Positions 20,726 to 29,511 of a stretch of 64,000 bases of DNA are shown here, piece by piece; position 1 is the stretch's first letter; each line of letters begins with the position of its first letter. The position numbers were made by a program, and so were the translations under genes. The stretch comes from Deltaproteobacteria bacterium (GTDB lineage Bacteria; Desulfobacterota; Syntrophia; Syntrophales; UBA8958), in assembly GCA_026388335.1 (NCBI GenBank), contig JAPLJZ010000245.1, forward strand, positions 3,137-67,136, read 5' to 3'. The notes under the pieces are model-generated. The model was not told the origin of the DNA. It was given only the letters and a program-made list of their open reading frames with translations, and ran no database searches.

Positions 20726-21802
20726 CTATCCTCTCACTTGGGGATTGACCAGTGGATGCAAATCCTCTGGTATGGAATCATCAAGACCGTAACGTGTCCG
20801 CCATTCCTCATCGGCGCAATAAATCCGATAAACGAGCGACATGGTCCTCAGTGCTTCTGCCGATGATCCGTTAATTATCGGCTTGTCGTTAAGAACGGCA
20901 TCGGCAAATTCGAATATCTCATCGCGCCATGAATTATCTCTGTTATAGCGGATAGTAATTTCACGAGGATCCCCACCGTCGTCTTCATGCGCATAAGCAA
21001 CTAGAATCGTTTCCGCCCCATAGCTCTTCGAATTCGTGAGAATACCTGAAAGAATGATCATGCCTCGCTCCAGAGTGATTTCCAGTTGGAACCGATGCCG
21101 CCACTGTGTAGCGGAAGAGTGGAGAATAGCCACTACACCGTCGGCAGTCCGCATGAGAGCATAGGCATTATCTTCGACATCATGGTTCCAGTGAGCATTC
21201 GAGACAAAACTATGGATGTCGGCATATTCACCGCCAAAGAGTCGCATGAGATCGACCATATGAATCCCCTGATCGATCAGTATGCCGCCACCTGCGAGGT
21301 CCCTTTTGGTGCGCCAGTCGGAATCGAAACTGATGATCTTGGATTTACCGTATACACCGCGGAGGTTAATAACTTGCCCGAGTTCCCTGCTTTTCACCAA
21401 ATTCAGGGCATATTGGACCGAATCGTGGTAGCGGTGGTTGAATCCGTATTTCAATTTTAATCCGGGATGCTGTTGTTCGCAACGGATGACCCGGACAATG
21501 TCGCCGAGGTCACGGCCGGGAGGTTTCTCACAAAAGACGTGAAGTCCTTTTTCCAAACCGGCAATGGTGACTTCGGGCGCAATATCGTTTGTCATACAGA
21601 CAAAAATAAGATCGAGGTCTTCGTTGAGGAGTCCGTCGTAGTTTCGGTAATAGCGCACCCCGTCGGGAAAAGTGCCTGTTTCCGGCAGAACCCGGTCACA
21701 GACAGCGACAACTTCAAGGTTCGGGTGTTCGTCTATAGCTTCCCGTCTCCGCTTTCCGACAACGCCGTAACCGGAGATGCCAACCTTCAACGGATTATTC
21801 AT
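20726..21802 (-). CDS. Gfo/Idh/MocA oxidoreductase
   Basis: GYGVVG, CEKP, GFNHRY, GGGILIDQGIH. Confidence 0.9.
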   Translation of the reverse strand: MNNPLKVGISGYGVVGKRRREAIDEHPNLEVVAVCDRVLPETGTFPDGVRYYRNYDGLLNEDLDLIFVCMTNDIAPEVTIAGLEKGLHVFCEKPPGRDLGDIVRVIRCEQQHPGLKLKYGFNHRYHDSVQYALNLVKSRELGQVINLRGVYGKSKIISFDSDWRTKRDLAGGGILIDQGIHMVDLMRLFGGEYADIHSFVSNAHWNHDVEDNAYALMRTADGVVAILHSSATQWRHRFQLEITLERGMIILSGILTNSKSYGAETILVAYAHEDDGGDPREITIRYNRDNSWRDEIFEFADAVLNDKPIINGSSAEALRTMSLVYRIYCADEEWRTRYGLDDSIPEDLHPLVNPQVRG

Positions 21803-21813
21803 GTCGATCTCCT

Positions 21814-22905
21814 TTATTCCGGAGTCCGGTAGAGGTTTGCCAAGGTTTCATCGGGGCGCCCAAGGCGGGCCGACTCAATTGCGTTGTCAACCTCGATCCT
21901 GCTGCCGGTCTCGTCTGAGCAATAGAAAGCATGAAGAAATCTTATGGTGTTTAGGCAATCATTCCGCTCCACTGGATAAGGCATAGAATCTCTAAAAAAT
22001 GCAGCGATATCCTTATACATTTCCTGATGACCATTTCCATAAACGCTCCCGGAAAAATCCTCGCTCCAGTCCCCGCATGCGGACTGATCAGGTGTGAAGA
22101 TCTGCAATTCGTTAGCGGCAATTCCGCCGATCTGGGCCAAGCCCTTTTCGCATACCAAGGAAACCGAAGCCTCGAAGTCGAGCGGTCGGGCCGCCGTCGT
22201 AACCTCGAGAACACCGATAGTCTGCCTGTCAAATTCCATCGTTGCTACAACACTGTCTTCCACCTCTATGTTGGCCCCCAGCGTTTTCATGGTTGCGTTT
22301 ACACGCTTCACGTCTCCCACCAGATAGCGAAGGAGGTCGATATGGTGGATACCTTGGTTAGTCAATGCCCCTCCATCCTGGGCGTAAGTTCCGCGCCACG
22401 GGGACAGTTCGTAGTACCGCTGTTGGCGGCACCATCTTACCCTGACGGAGGCAATCCTTATTTCTCCCAGTTCACCCTCCTGCAGAGCTTTCCGCACGCG
22501 CTGAACGGCCCGGTTGTATCGATTCTGAAAAACGGGGAATATGTTAAGCCTCAATTTCTCAGCCAGCCGATATGCTGAATCGGCCTGGGACGGCCTCATG
22601 AATGTTGGTTTCTCGACAATGATATTTTTCCCGTAACGTTCTAGAATTTCCGTTGCATGTTCGTAATGCATTCCAGAGGGTGTCACAATGGCAACAGCAT
22701 TGATCTCTGGCAAGGCACGAAACATCTCACGGTAATTATCAAAGAAGGGGACATTGAATTCTTTACTGTAAGCAGAGGCTTTGTCTTGAACCAGATCACA
22801 AACGGCCAAAAGCTCGACACCTTCTGTTGCCACGATGGACCGGCAATGGTGCCCGGCGATGCGACCACAGCCGATCACGGCAACTTTAACAACATAAGTT
22901 TTCAT
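21814..22905 (-). CDS. Gfo/Idh/MocA oxidoreductase (WbpB/WlbA-like)
   Basis: GCGRIA, TPSGMH, VEKP, QNRYN, WRGT..DGG...NQGIH. Confidence 0.88.
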   Translation of the reverse strand: MKTYVVKVAVIGCGRIAGHHCRSIVATEGVELLAVCDLVQDKASAYSKEFNVPFFDNYREMFRALPEINAVAIVTPSGMHYEHATEILERYGKNIIVEKPTFMRPSQADSAYRLAEKLRLNIFPVFQNRYNRAVQRVRKALQEGELGEIRIASVRVRWCRQQRYYELSPWRGTYAQDGGALTNQGIHHIDLLRYLVGDVKRVNATMKTLGANIEVEDSVVATMEFDRQTIGVLEVTTAARPLDFEASVSLVCEKGLAQIGGIAANELQIFTPDQSACGDWSEDFSGSVYGNGHQEMYKDIAAFFRDSMPYPVERNDCLNTIRFLHAFYCSDETGSRIEVDNAIESARLGRPDETLANLYRTPE

Positions 22906-22941
22906 ATATTCTCCTTTTTACAAGTGCCATAATTCTCTAAT

Positions 22942-24057
22942 TTAAGCATCCCCTCTGACAACACGGGTAATGCAGTCAATGATCGGTTGAAAACGCCCGG
23001 CTGTTGTCGCGGAAAAACGGGTAAAACCCTTAAGACATGGCTCATTGAAATCAAGGCGATAGAGGACCATATCCCTGAGGACTTGGTGGATGGCAGGGGC
23101 ATGGGAACCAAAAGCCACATGCAGAAAATTTCCGCGTCCTCTAAGTGTGCGTAAATTCAACTTTTCCATTGCGGTAAGAAAGGTGTCGCGCCCCTCATTG
23201 AGGCGTTTCACCGAGGCTGTCACCTCGTGGCTCAGATCAAGCATTCGCTCCATGACGGCGACGGCAATAGTATTAACTTCATACATGGGGCGCACCTTGT
23301 GAAGGTACTTGATAACCTCCGGGCATGCCGCGCCGTAGCCGATCCGGAGCCCTGAGAGTCCCCAGGCCTTGGCAAAAGTGCGGGCAATGACCAGATTCGG
23401 GTACTCGTCTATCCACGGCAGGGCCGTCTCCTCGTAAAATGGGAAATAGGCCTCGTCAACAAGCATGAGCGCACCCGCTTCACATGCCGCTTCAATGATT
23501 CTACGTAGAGCCTCCGGCGCAAAAACCGTTCCTGTAGGACTATCCGGATTCGGAAGGCAGACTAGTTTAGGGTGGGCTGCCGCGATGGTTTCCATAATCT
23601 CCTCCATCAACAGGCTCGGCCCCCTCTCCGAAGGTTGATAGATGAGGGGAACGACACGGGCGCCGTACATCTGGGAATAAACGGCGTACATGGCAAAAGT
23701 CGGGACCGTATGGATAACTGTATCGCCAGGGTTGATAAAGGCTTCGAAAACGGAGCGAATGATGCCATCGGAACCGTGAGAAAGGAGGAGGTGATCGGGG
23801 GATACACCGATGTGCTTGCCGAGTTTGTGATAGAGGGGTGCACATTCCGGATAGGTACACAATGCGGTCAAATCGATTTCACCCAGAACCCGGGCCGCCA
23901 GTGCAGCCATTTCCGGGTCGGTGTTTTCATTTTTATCCAGCCACATGAGTGACGGATCGCGGGGGACACCCATAGTCCAATCGGGTCGCCACAACTTCGG
24001 ATCAGCCACAGGACTCCGTGCCGTCGGAGTGGTAAAACCTTTGAGATTCATAGTCAT
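22942..24057 (-). CDS. HisC-like class I/II PLP aminotransferase or decarboxylase
   Basis: LDKNEN, NPDSPTG, DEAY, RTFAKAWGLSGLRIGY. Confidence 0.88.
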   Translation of the reverse strand: MTMNLKGFTTPTARSPVADPKLWRPDWTMGVPRDPSLMWLDKNENTDPEMAALAARVLGEIDLTALCTYPECAPLYHKLGKHIGVSPDHLLLSHGSDGIIRSVFEAFINPGDTVIHTVPTFAMYAVYSQMYGARVVPLIYQPSERGPSLLMEEIMETIAAAHPKLVCLPNPDSPTGTVFAPEALRRIIEAACEAGALMLVDEAYFPFYEETALPWIDEYPNLVIARTFAKAWGLSGLRIGYGAACPEVIKYLHKVRPMYEVNTIAVAVMERMLDLSHEVTASVKRLNEGRDTFLTAMEKLNLRTLRGRGNFLHVAFGSHAPAIHQVLRDMVLYRLDFNEPCLKGFTRFSATTAGRFQPIIDCITRVVRGDA

Positions 24058-24085
24058 TCAACTCCTTTCGATTTAGACATTATTT

Positions 24086-24161
24086 TCATTCCGGACTTGA
24101 TCCGGACTCCATGCCTATCACAGTTCCAAATTCCCGCAACAGCAGACCGGGGGAATGACGG
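24086..24161. repeat. Degenerate REP/RPE-like palindromic element
   Basis: Intergenic TCATTCCGGACTTGATCCGGACTCC...ATTCCC...GGGAATGACG; terminal TCATTCC/GGAATGA inversion and internal TCCGGA hairpin. Confidence 0.55.
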
Positions 24162-24172
24162 ACAGCTTATTT

Positions 24173-24988
24173 TCATGCTTCATTGAGTTCCACGTGTGAT
24201 GGGGGGGCCGGATAAAAAAGATCTACCGGCAGATGCAGTTCTCCACCCGTGTCAATCCTGTAGTCCTTCTCTGTGCCTTTTCTGACGGCAAGCGCTGCAA
24301 AAACAAGACGGTCATCTCTCGTTCTCGCCGTGGGAGAAGGAGGCCCCCAATATCCGTAAGCTTTGATATGTGCCGGTCTGGGTTTGAGGTCCATCAGCAA
24401 TGAGAAAGCTTCCTGATAATTGATGACTACGTATGGAGCCTTTTCGATCCCTTCTTTATTTTCCGGCAAATCATTTCCATAATAAATGTATTGATAACTC
24501 TCAGGCAAATTGAACAGCGAGTCATTTTTCGTCAGCCGCAGGGTAAGGATAAAATGTCCCCCCTTACGAACATACCGCCAACACTTCTTTATAATATCGT
24601 GTGTTTCAACGTTCCAGTCCGCACAACTAAGAGAGACAACATGATCAAATCCCTCCTGCGGTAGATTATCAATATCCAGGATATCTCCACAGGTGAATTC
24701 GCAATAGGCAGCCGCTGCTTTCAATTTTCTCGCCCTGGCAATTTCGATCACCTCGGCATTGATATCGACACCTGTATATTGATCCACGGAAAAGCGCTCC
24801 ATCAAAGCCAATCCGAGACCGCCGGCTGCACATCCGACATCTAGCACCTTTCCCATGCTAAGTTCCGGTCCGGCCACCTGCTCGAAGATCCATTTCTCCG
24901 AAGGATAAAAATCATCCCATTTTTGACGGTTATTGCCGAAATATTCTGAAAGCTGAACCGTCTGGTAATGGATGTTCTTAGCGCTCAT
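24173..24988 (-). CDS. Class I SAM-dependent methyltransferase
   Basis: VLDVGCAAGG, YTGVDIN. Confidence 0.88.
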   Translation of the reverse strand: MSAKNIHYQTVQLSEYFGNNRQKWDDFYPSEKWIFEQVAGPELSMGKVLDVGCAAGGLGLALMERFSVDQYTGVDINAEVIEIARARKLKAAAAYCEFTCGDILDIDNLPQEGFDHVVSLSCADWNVETHDIIKKCWRYVRKGGHFILTLRLTKNDSLFNLPESYQYIYYGNDLPENKEGIEKAPYVVINYQEAFSLLMDLKPRPAHIKAYGYWGPPSPTARTRDDRLVFAALAVRKGTEKDYRIDTGGELHLPVDLFYPAPPSHVELNEA

Positions 24989-25535
24989 TATGCTTTCCGA
25001 CTCTCTCCTCTTCCTTCCGGTGGATGAATTCTATCAATCTTCCCACACATGATTCTATGCCTGCGCCTTCCGTGTCGAGCACCAGATCGGCGTCTTTAGG
25101 AGGCTGAAAGGGAACCTCTTTATGAATGCCTATAAAATTATCGATTTCTCCCGACAGAGCTTTCCTATATAGCCCCTTGGGGTCTCTCCGTATAACCTCC
25201 TCAAGGGATATCTTGCAGTAAACAAGATAAAAATGATCTCCAAGCAGTCTTCTGGCCTCGTCCCTCGATTCCCGGAAGGGGGCAATCACAGGGACAAAGA
25301 TATAATCATAAAGATGACTCTCTTTCAGGCAAAGATCTGCTATAATCCGGTTATTCTCGCTAATGTCCTTCGGCCTGAAGGTCAGGTGAGAGTTGATTTC
25401 TTTTCTGACGACATCGCCATCGAATATCTTGATTTTGATATCCCGATTTGAGAGACGCTGAATGGTTCCATCTACAATGGTGGTTTTACCCGAACCGGAG
25501 AGACCAGTGAACCAGAAGATTAAGGCGTTTTTCAT
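24978..25535 (-). CDS. cysC: Adenylyl-sulfate (APS) kinase homologue
   Basis: WFTGLSGSGKTT, DGDVVR, RDPKGLYRKA..GEI.NF.GI. Confidence 0.88.
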   Translation of the reverse strand: MKNALIFWFTGLSGSGKTTIVDGTIQRLSNRDIKIKIFDGDVVRKEINSHLTFRPKDISENNRIIADLCLKESHLYDYIFVPVIAPFRESRDEARRLLGDHFYLVYCKISLEEVIRRDPKGLYRKALSGEIDNFIGIHKEVPFQPPKDADLVLDTEGAGIESCVGRLIEFIHRKEEERVGKHNER

Positions 25536-25542
25536 AACCGGT

Positions 25543-27714
25543 TTAAATAAAAATTTCCTCTCCCCGTCCGATTGCGTTCAGGATGAGTTGGGAGATATCC
25601 TTTCTCATAAACCACTCCGGCGGAAGAATTCCGGATTCTATCATGGCCCGTCCTTCCGTACCGCTGATGCTGAGAAGATCCAAATCGCCGTGCTTGCATG
25701 TCTCCACGTATTGTCCGCACTTCCGGCAGTAATTCACATTGTTAAAAAATACGGGCGTGATACCGATATCCCCAAGTTCCCTGAAAAGCCTGTGAGCATC
25801 ATCGGGACCATAATATTGGCCGACGCCCGTATGGTCACGCCCGACAATAAAATGACTGCATCCGAAATTTTTTCGGCACAAAGCCGTAAATACGGCCTCT
25901 CTCGGACCTGCATACCGTGAATAATTCTGGAAGGACGATAAAAGGACCTTGTCCGAAGGGTAATGCTTTTTTAACATCAATTCATAACTCTTCAGGATGA
26001 TGCCCGGGTTATAATCCCCTTTCTTTTTGGGGCCAATAACGGGATGGATAAATATACCGTCGCAATAATGTTTTTCCATTGCCGCCATCTGGATATGCTC
26101 ATGCACCCTGTGGATCACGTTTCTTGTGTGGAAGGCGACCACCCGGCTCCAACCTTTGTTTTCAAAGATCAGTCGCACCTGCTTGGGAGTCATCTCATAA
26201 TTCTTGTATTCGGAAGGGAGTCGTCTGATCACTTCGATCTTTCCGCCAACAAAATATTCGCCGCCACTCATTAACATCCGGGCGCCGGGATGGCCATCGT
26301 CCGCCGTCCCGTAAGTCTCACGTGACATTTGATACAGATCATAGGGATAGATCTCTTCCACGTGTAAAACAGCGTAAGGCTCAGAGGTTTCTTCAAGAAC
26401 CAGGCATACCAGGTCCCCAGTCTTGATTCCGGAAACCGCATCCCGGCCAACCTGTAGCAGGATGGGGATAGGCCACACGATGCCATTCGGAAGCCGGTAA
26501 TCCTTCAAGACCGATTCCAGTTCTTCCTTGTTCATAAAACCTTCCAGAGGTGAAAATGTTCCGATGCCAATCTGCTCGGCATTTAATAGTACCGTCGCAT
26601 CAACTCTGAGGATTTTTAAGCCTTTTATCTCCCTTAAATCATAATGATCCTGCATCCTGCTTACAAGGGTGCCACCATGGGGCTGTGAAAGCAAAAACGA
26701 TTCCTTCTCACCTGTTTCGTGCTGACCGTGAAGAAAGCTAGTATACTGATTGATCATCTTGGAAACCATGACAACGCAGTTGACCGGATAAGCGCCTATT
26801 GCCGTTTCCGCCGCAAGCACCAGCCCATCGGCGCCGTCGATAAGAGTATTTATCACATCGCTCGCCTCCGCCCTAGTCGGAATTTTAACTTTGACCATCG
26901 ACTCCAACAGATTTGTCGCTACATATACAGGCACCTTCTTACTGTTCGCGCTTCGAATGATATATTTCTGCAAAAAAGGGATTTTCTCCGCCGGAACCTC
27001 TCTGGAGAGATCGCCCCGGTCAATGAGAATGGCATCGGAGACATCGAGAATCGCACCAAGATGATCGATCCCTCTTCTGCTCTCGATTTTTGAGATGATA
27101 TGCGCACCTTCGCCCGCAAGTTTCCGAAACGCCTTTACATCTTCGCGGCTGCCGGCGAAGGACAGAGCAAAATTTGTGAGCCCTTGTTTACGGCCGACAG
27201 AAAGTGCCGAAATGTCTTTGTCGGTCATGACCGGCAAATCGAGCAATCTGTCAATGGTCACGGCCTTGTTGCTGCCAACGAACCCTCCGGAAACAACCTT
27301 CGCCGTCACCGAACTCCGATCGGAGACCATAACCTGAAGGAGTACTGACTCGAAATCGAGGCTGATCAAGTCCCCGGGTCTTATCTGCGGGAAAACGGAT
27401 TCTGGTTTCAGGGGGATTATATGGGCATTACCCGTTAACTGTTCAGTTACCAATTTTACTGTGCTGTTGTTCTCCATGAAGGTCTTGCCGTTTTCCATCA
27501 GGCCCGTCCGAACCTGAGCGCCTTCTGTATCCAGACAGATCGGTTTGGAGGTATATTGCCTGATATACATTATGATCCCCTCAAGTTCGTCCAAATCCGT
27601 ATGGGAAAGATTGATGCGGAAAAGGTCAACCCCCAACTCGTCCATCATAACAATCGCCTTTTCATTCAAGGACGAAGGCCCGAGTGTGCATAGTATCTTT
27701 ATTTTTTTATCCAT
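25543..27714 (-). CDS. sat: Fusion: pyruvate kinase-like barrel domain (about aa 1-330) plus Sat-type sulfate adenylyltransferase (about aa 344-723)
   Basis: N-term KILCTLGPSS, RINLSH, KIES, RGDL, PTRAE..D; C-term PHGGTLV, FSPLEGFM, TRNVIHRVH, RYAGPREA, HFIVGRDH. Confidence 0.9.
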   Translation of the reverse strand: MDKKIKILCTLGPSSLNEKAIVMMDELGVDLFRINLSHTDLDELEGIIMYIRQYTSKPICLDTEGAQVRTGLMENGKTFMENNSTVKLVTEQLTGNAHIIPLKPESVFPQIRPGDLISLDFESVLLQVMVSDRSSVTAKVVSGGFVGSNKAVTIDRLLDLPVMTDKDISALSVGRKQGLTNFALSFAGSREDVKAFRKLAGEGAHIISKIESRRGIDHLGAILDVSDAILIDRGDLSREVPAEKIPFLQKYIIRSANSKKVPVYVATNLLESMVKVKIPTRAEASDVINTLIDGADGLVLAAETAIGAYPVNCVVMVSKMINQYTSFLHGQHETGEKESFLLSQPHGGTLVSRMQDHYDLREIKGLKILRVDATVLLNAEQIGIGTFSPLEGFMNKEELESVLKDYRLPNGIVWPIPILLQVGRDAVSGIKTGDLVCLVLEETSEPYAVLHVEEIYPYDLYQMSRETYGTADDGHPGARMLMSGGEYFVGGKIEVIRRLPSEYKNYEMTPKQVRLIFENKGWSRVVAFHTRNVIHRVHEHIQMAAMEKHYCDGIFIHPVIGPKKKGDYNPGIILKSYELMLKKHYPSDKVLLSSFQNYSRYAGPREAVFTALCRKNFGCSHFIVGRDHTGVGQYYGPDDAHRLFRELGDIGITPVFFNNVNYCRKCGQYVETCKHGDLDLLSISGTEGRAMIESGILPPEWFMRKDISQLILNAIGRGEEIFI

Positions 27715-29422
27715 TTACTTCACACCTATCTTCTTGACTGACCTCAAGGGCGTTATTTCCTTCCAGCATGAGGATGTGATCAAAGTACTTTATATTTTGC
27801 TGCCGGTGGGTTACCATGACGATACTGATCTTTCCCTTGAATTCCAGCAGGGCTGATATAAAATGGTGCTCAGTCTCTTGGTCCAAGGAGGATGTTGGCT
27901 CGTCCATCAAGATGAAGTCGAGATCATTCAGCAGAACTCTGGCTATTGCTATCCGTTGCTGTTGGCCGCCGGACAAGTTCTGGCCGCTTTCTGCAATTTT
28001 GAAATCTGCTCCTTTTTCACGCAATAATTCTTCCAATTGTGACAGTTTTATGACGCCATTAAGTCTTGACATATCCGGATTTTCATTTCCCCAACAGATG
28101 TTTTCCAGGATTGTGCCTGTAAATATGAAATGGTCCTGAGTAATATACCCGATGCGCCGATGCAGGGTCTCGACATCGATTTCGTCATCGGATATATCGT
28201 TATAGAAGATACTACCCTTTGATGGCCTGATGATCCCTGACAACAAATCAAGAAATGAGGTTTTCCCTCCGCCAGTCGGTCCGCAAACGACCCAGAAATC
28301 CCCCTTTTTCAGAGTAATAGTCAGGTCCCGAAACAAATCCCCATTAACACCATATGCAAAACTGACAGACTGCAAACGAATGGAACGCAGTTCACTATCA
28401 AGAGGGATTCCCTTGATAGATTGATTGATAGAACTATTTTTGATGGCCTCAATCTTGTCTACAGATGGTAGCCCGCTGTAAGCCTTGTGAAAGCTATCGA
28501 TAACCCCTTTTGTTTTTGGTACAATCCTTGTGAAAATCACGAGAATCAGAATGATGTTCGCAAATTTCATTTCCATAATCTTTACACCGGCATAGATAAT
28601 AATGGCCAAGATAAAATACCCGGTCAACTCAGACATCTTGCTTTGGACAGCCGAGAGAATCTGCTGTTTGTAGTACTCATGACATACCCTGAAAACGCGG
28701 TCGTTCAGATAATTCATCAAATACCGCTCCATGGAGGAGGTCTTCATGCTTTTAAACGATCGGACAGCGTTTACAAGGCCGTCAGTCAATCGGCTGTACG
28801 CATTGATCCATGCATGGCCAAGACTTCTGCCCTTCTTCATAAAGGGGTAAAAAATGACGACACTGGAAGAAAACAGGATCAGGCTCAGTATTACGATTTT
28901 GGAGTCGATGATAAATGCAAAGTAAATGAAAAAGGCAATCTGTACTAATTCACTGATAACGATGAAACAATACTTTACAAGTCCCTTATATGATTCTGCT
29001 TCATGCGTTACTGCGTTGATAAAATCACCATGATTCAAATTTCTTAAGGATTCCCATCGCGACCAGATAACCTGATGTAATAATGATTGACGTTCTTTAT
29101 ATTCAAGATTCCTTAGAAAAAAAGCTTGATAGGTTTCCAAAACAACATAGAAACAAGCAGAAATAAAGCTAATTGCAAGAAACAAGACCAGATAATTCAG
29201 CAGATCAGGCGTTTGGCCGCATATGATCAATATACGATCGAACTGTTTTATGATGGCATTCGGCTGACTATGAGGATCCATCAGATACTGGGCGATGGGA
29301 TAGAGACTCCCAATAGATACAACCTGGGTGAGGCCTACAAAGGTGACGCCGAGAATGAAAAATAGAGAATGAAGGGGATGCCCAGTAATTACCCTGGCAA
29401 CTATTTTGAGAAGCTTTATCAA
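27707..29422 (-). CDS. ABC exporter, fused permease/ATPase (PglK/MsbA-like)
   Basis: N-terminal TM helices; GPTGGGKTS, LSGGQQQR, ILMDEPTS. Confidence 0.88.
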   Translation of the reverse strand: MIKLLKIVARVITGHPLHSLFFILGVTFVGLTQVVSIGSLYPIAQYLMDPHSQPNAIIKQFDRILIICGQTPDLLNYLVLFLAISFISACFYVVLETYQAFFLRNLEYKERQSLLHQVIWSRWESLRNLNHGDFINAVTHEAESYKGLVKYCFIVISELVQIAFFIYFAFIIDSKIVILSLILFSSSVVIFYPFMKKGRSLGHAWINAYSRLTDGLVNAVRSFKSMKTSSMERYLMNYLNDRVFRVCHEYYKQQILSAVQSKMSELTGYFILAIIIYAGVKIMEMKFANIILILVIFTRIVPKTKGVIDSFHKAYSGLPSVDKIEAIKNSSINQSIKGIPLDSELRSIRLQSVSFAYGVNGDLFRDLTITLKKGDFWVVCGPTGGGKTSFLDLLSGIIRPSKGSIFYNDISDDEIDVETLHRRIGYITQDHFIFTGTILENICWGNENPDMSRLNGVIKLSQLEELLREKGADFKIAESGQNLSGGQQQRIAIARVLLNDLDFILMDEPTSSLDQETEHHFISALLEFKGKISIVMVTHRQQNIKYFDHILMLEGNNALEVSQEDRCEVNG

Positions 29423-29511
29423 TTTTCAGTGTTTGTTTTGAAGTAATGGAAAAACGAGAACATTAGCTATTTTTGAACAAAAATAATCTATAGCTAAAGT
29501 ATTGTTTCAAG

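Noticed and set aside
12655-24057. Housekeeping serA, hisC, kdsB or gmhA roles
   Set aside because: No partner genes of those pathways are nearby and all are embedded in the glycan locus, so pathway-specific paralogues are more likely
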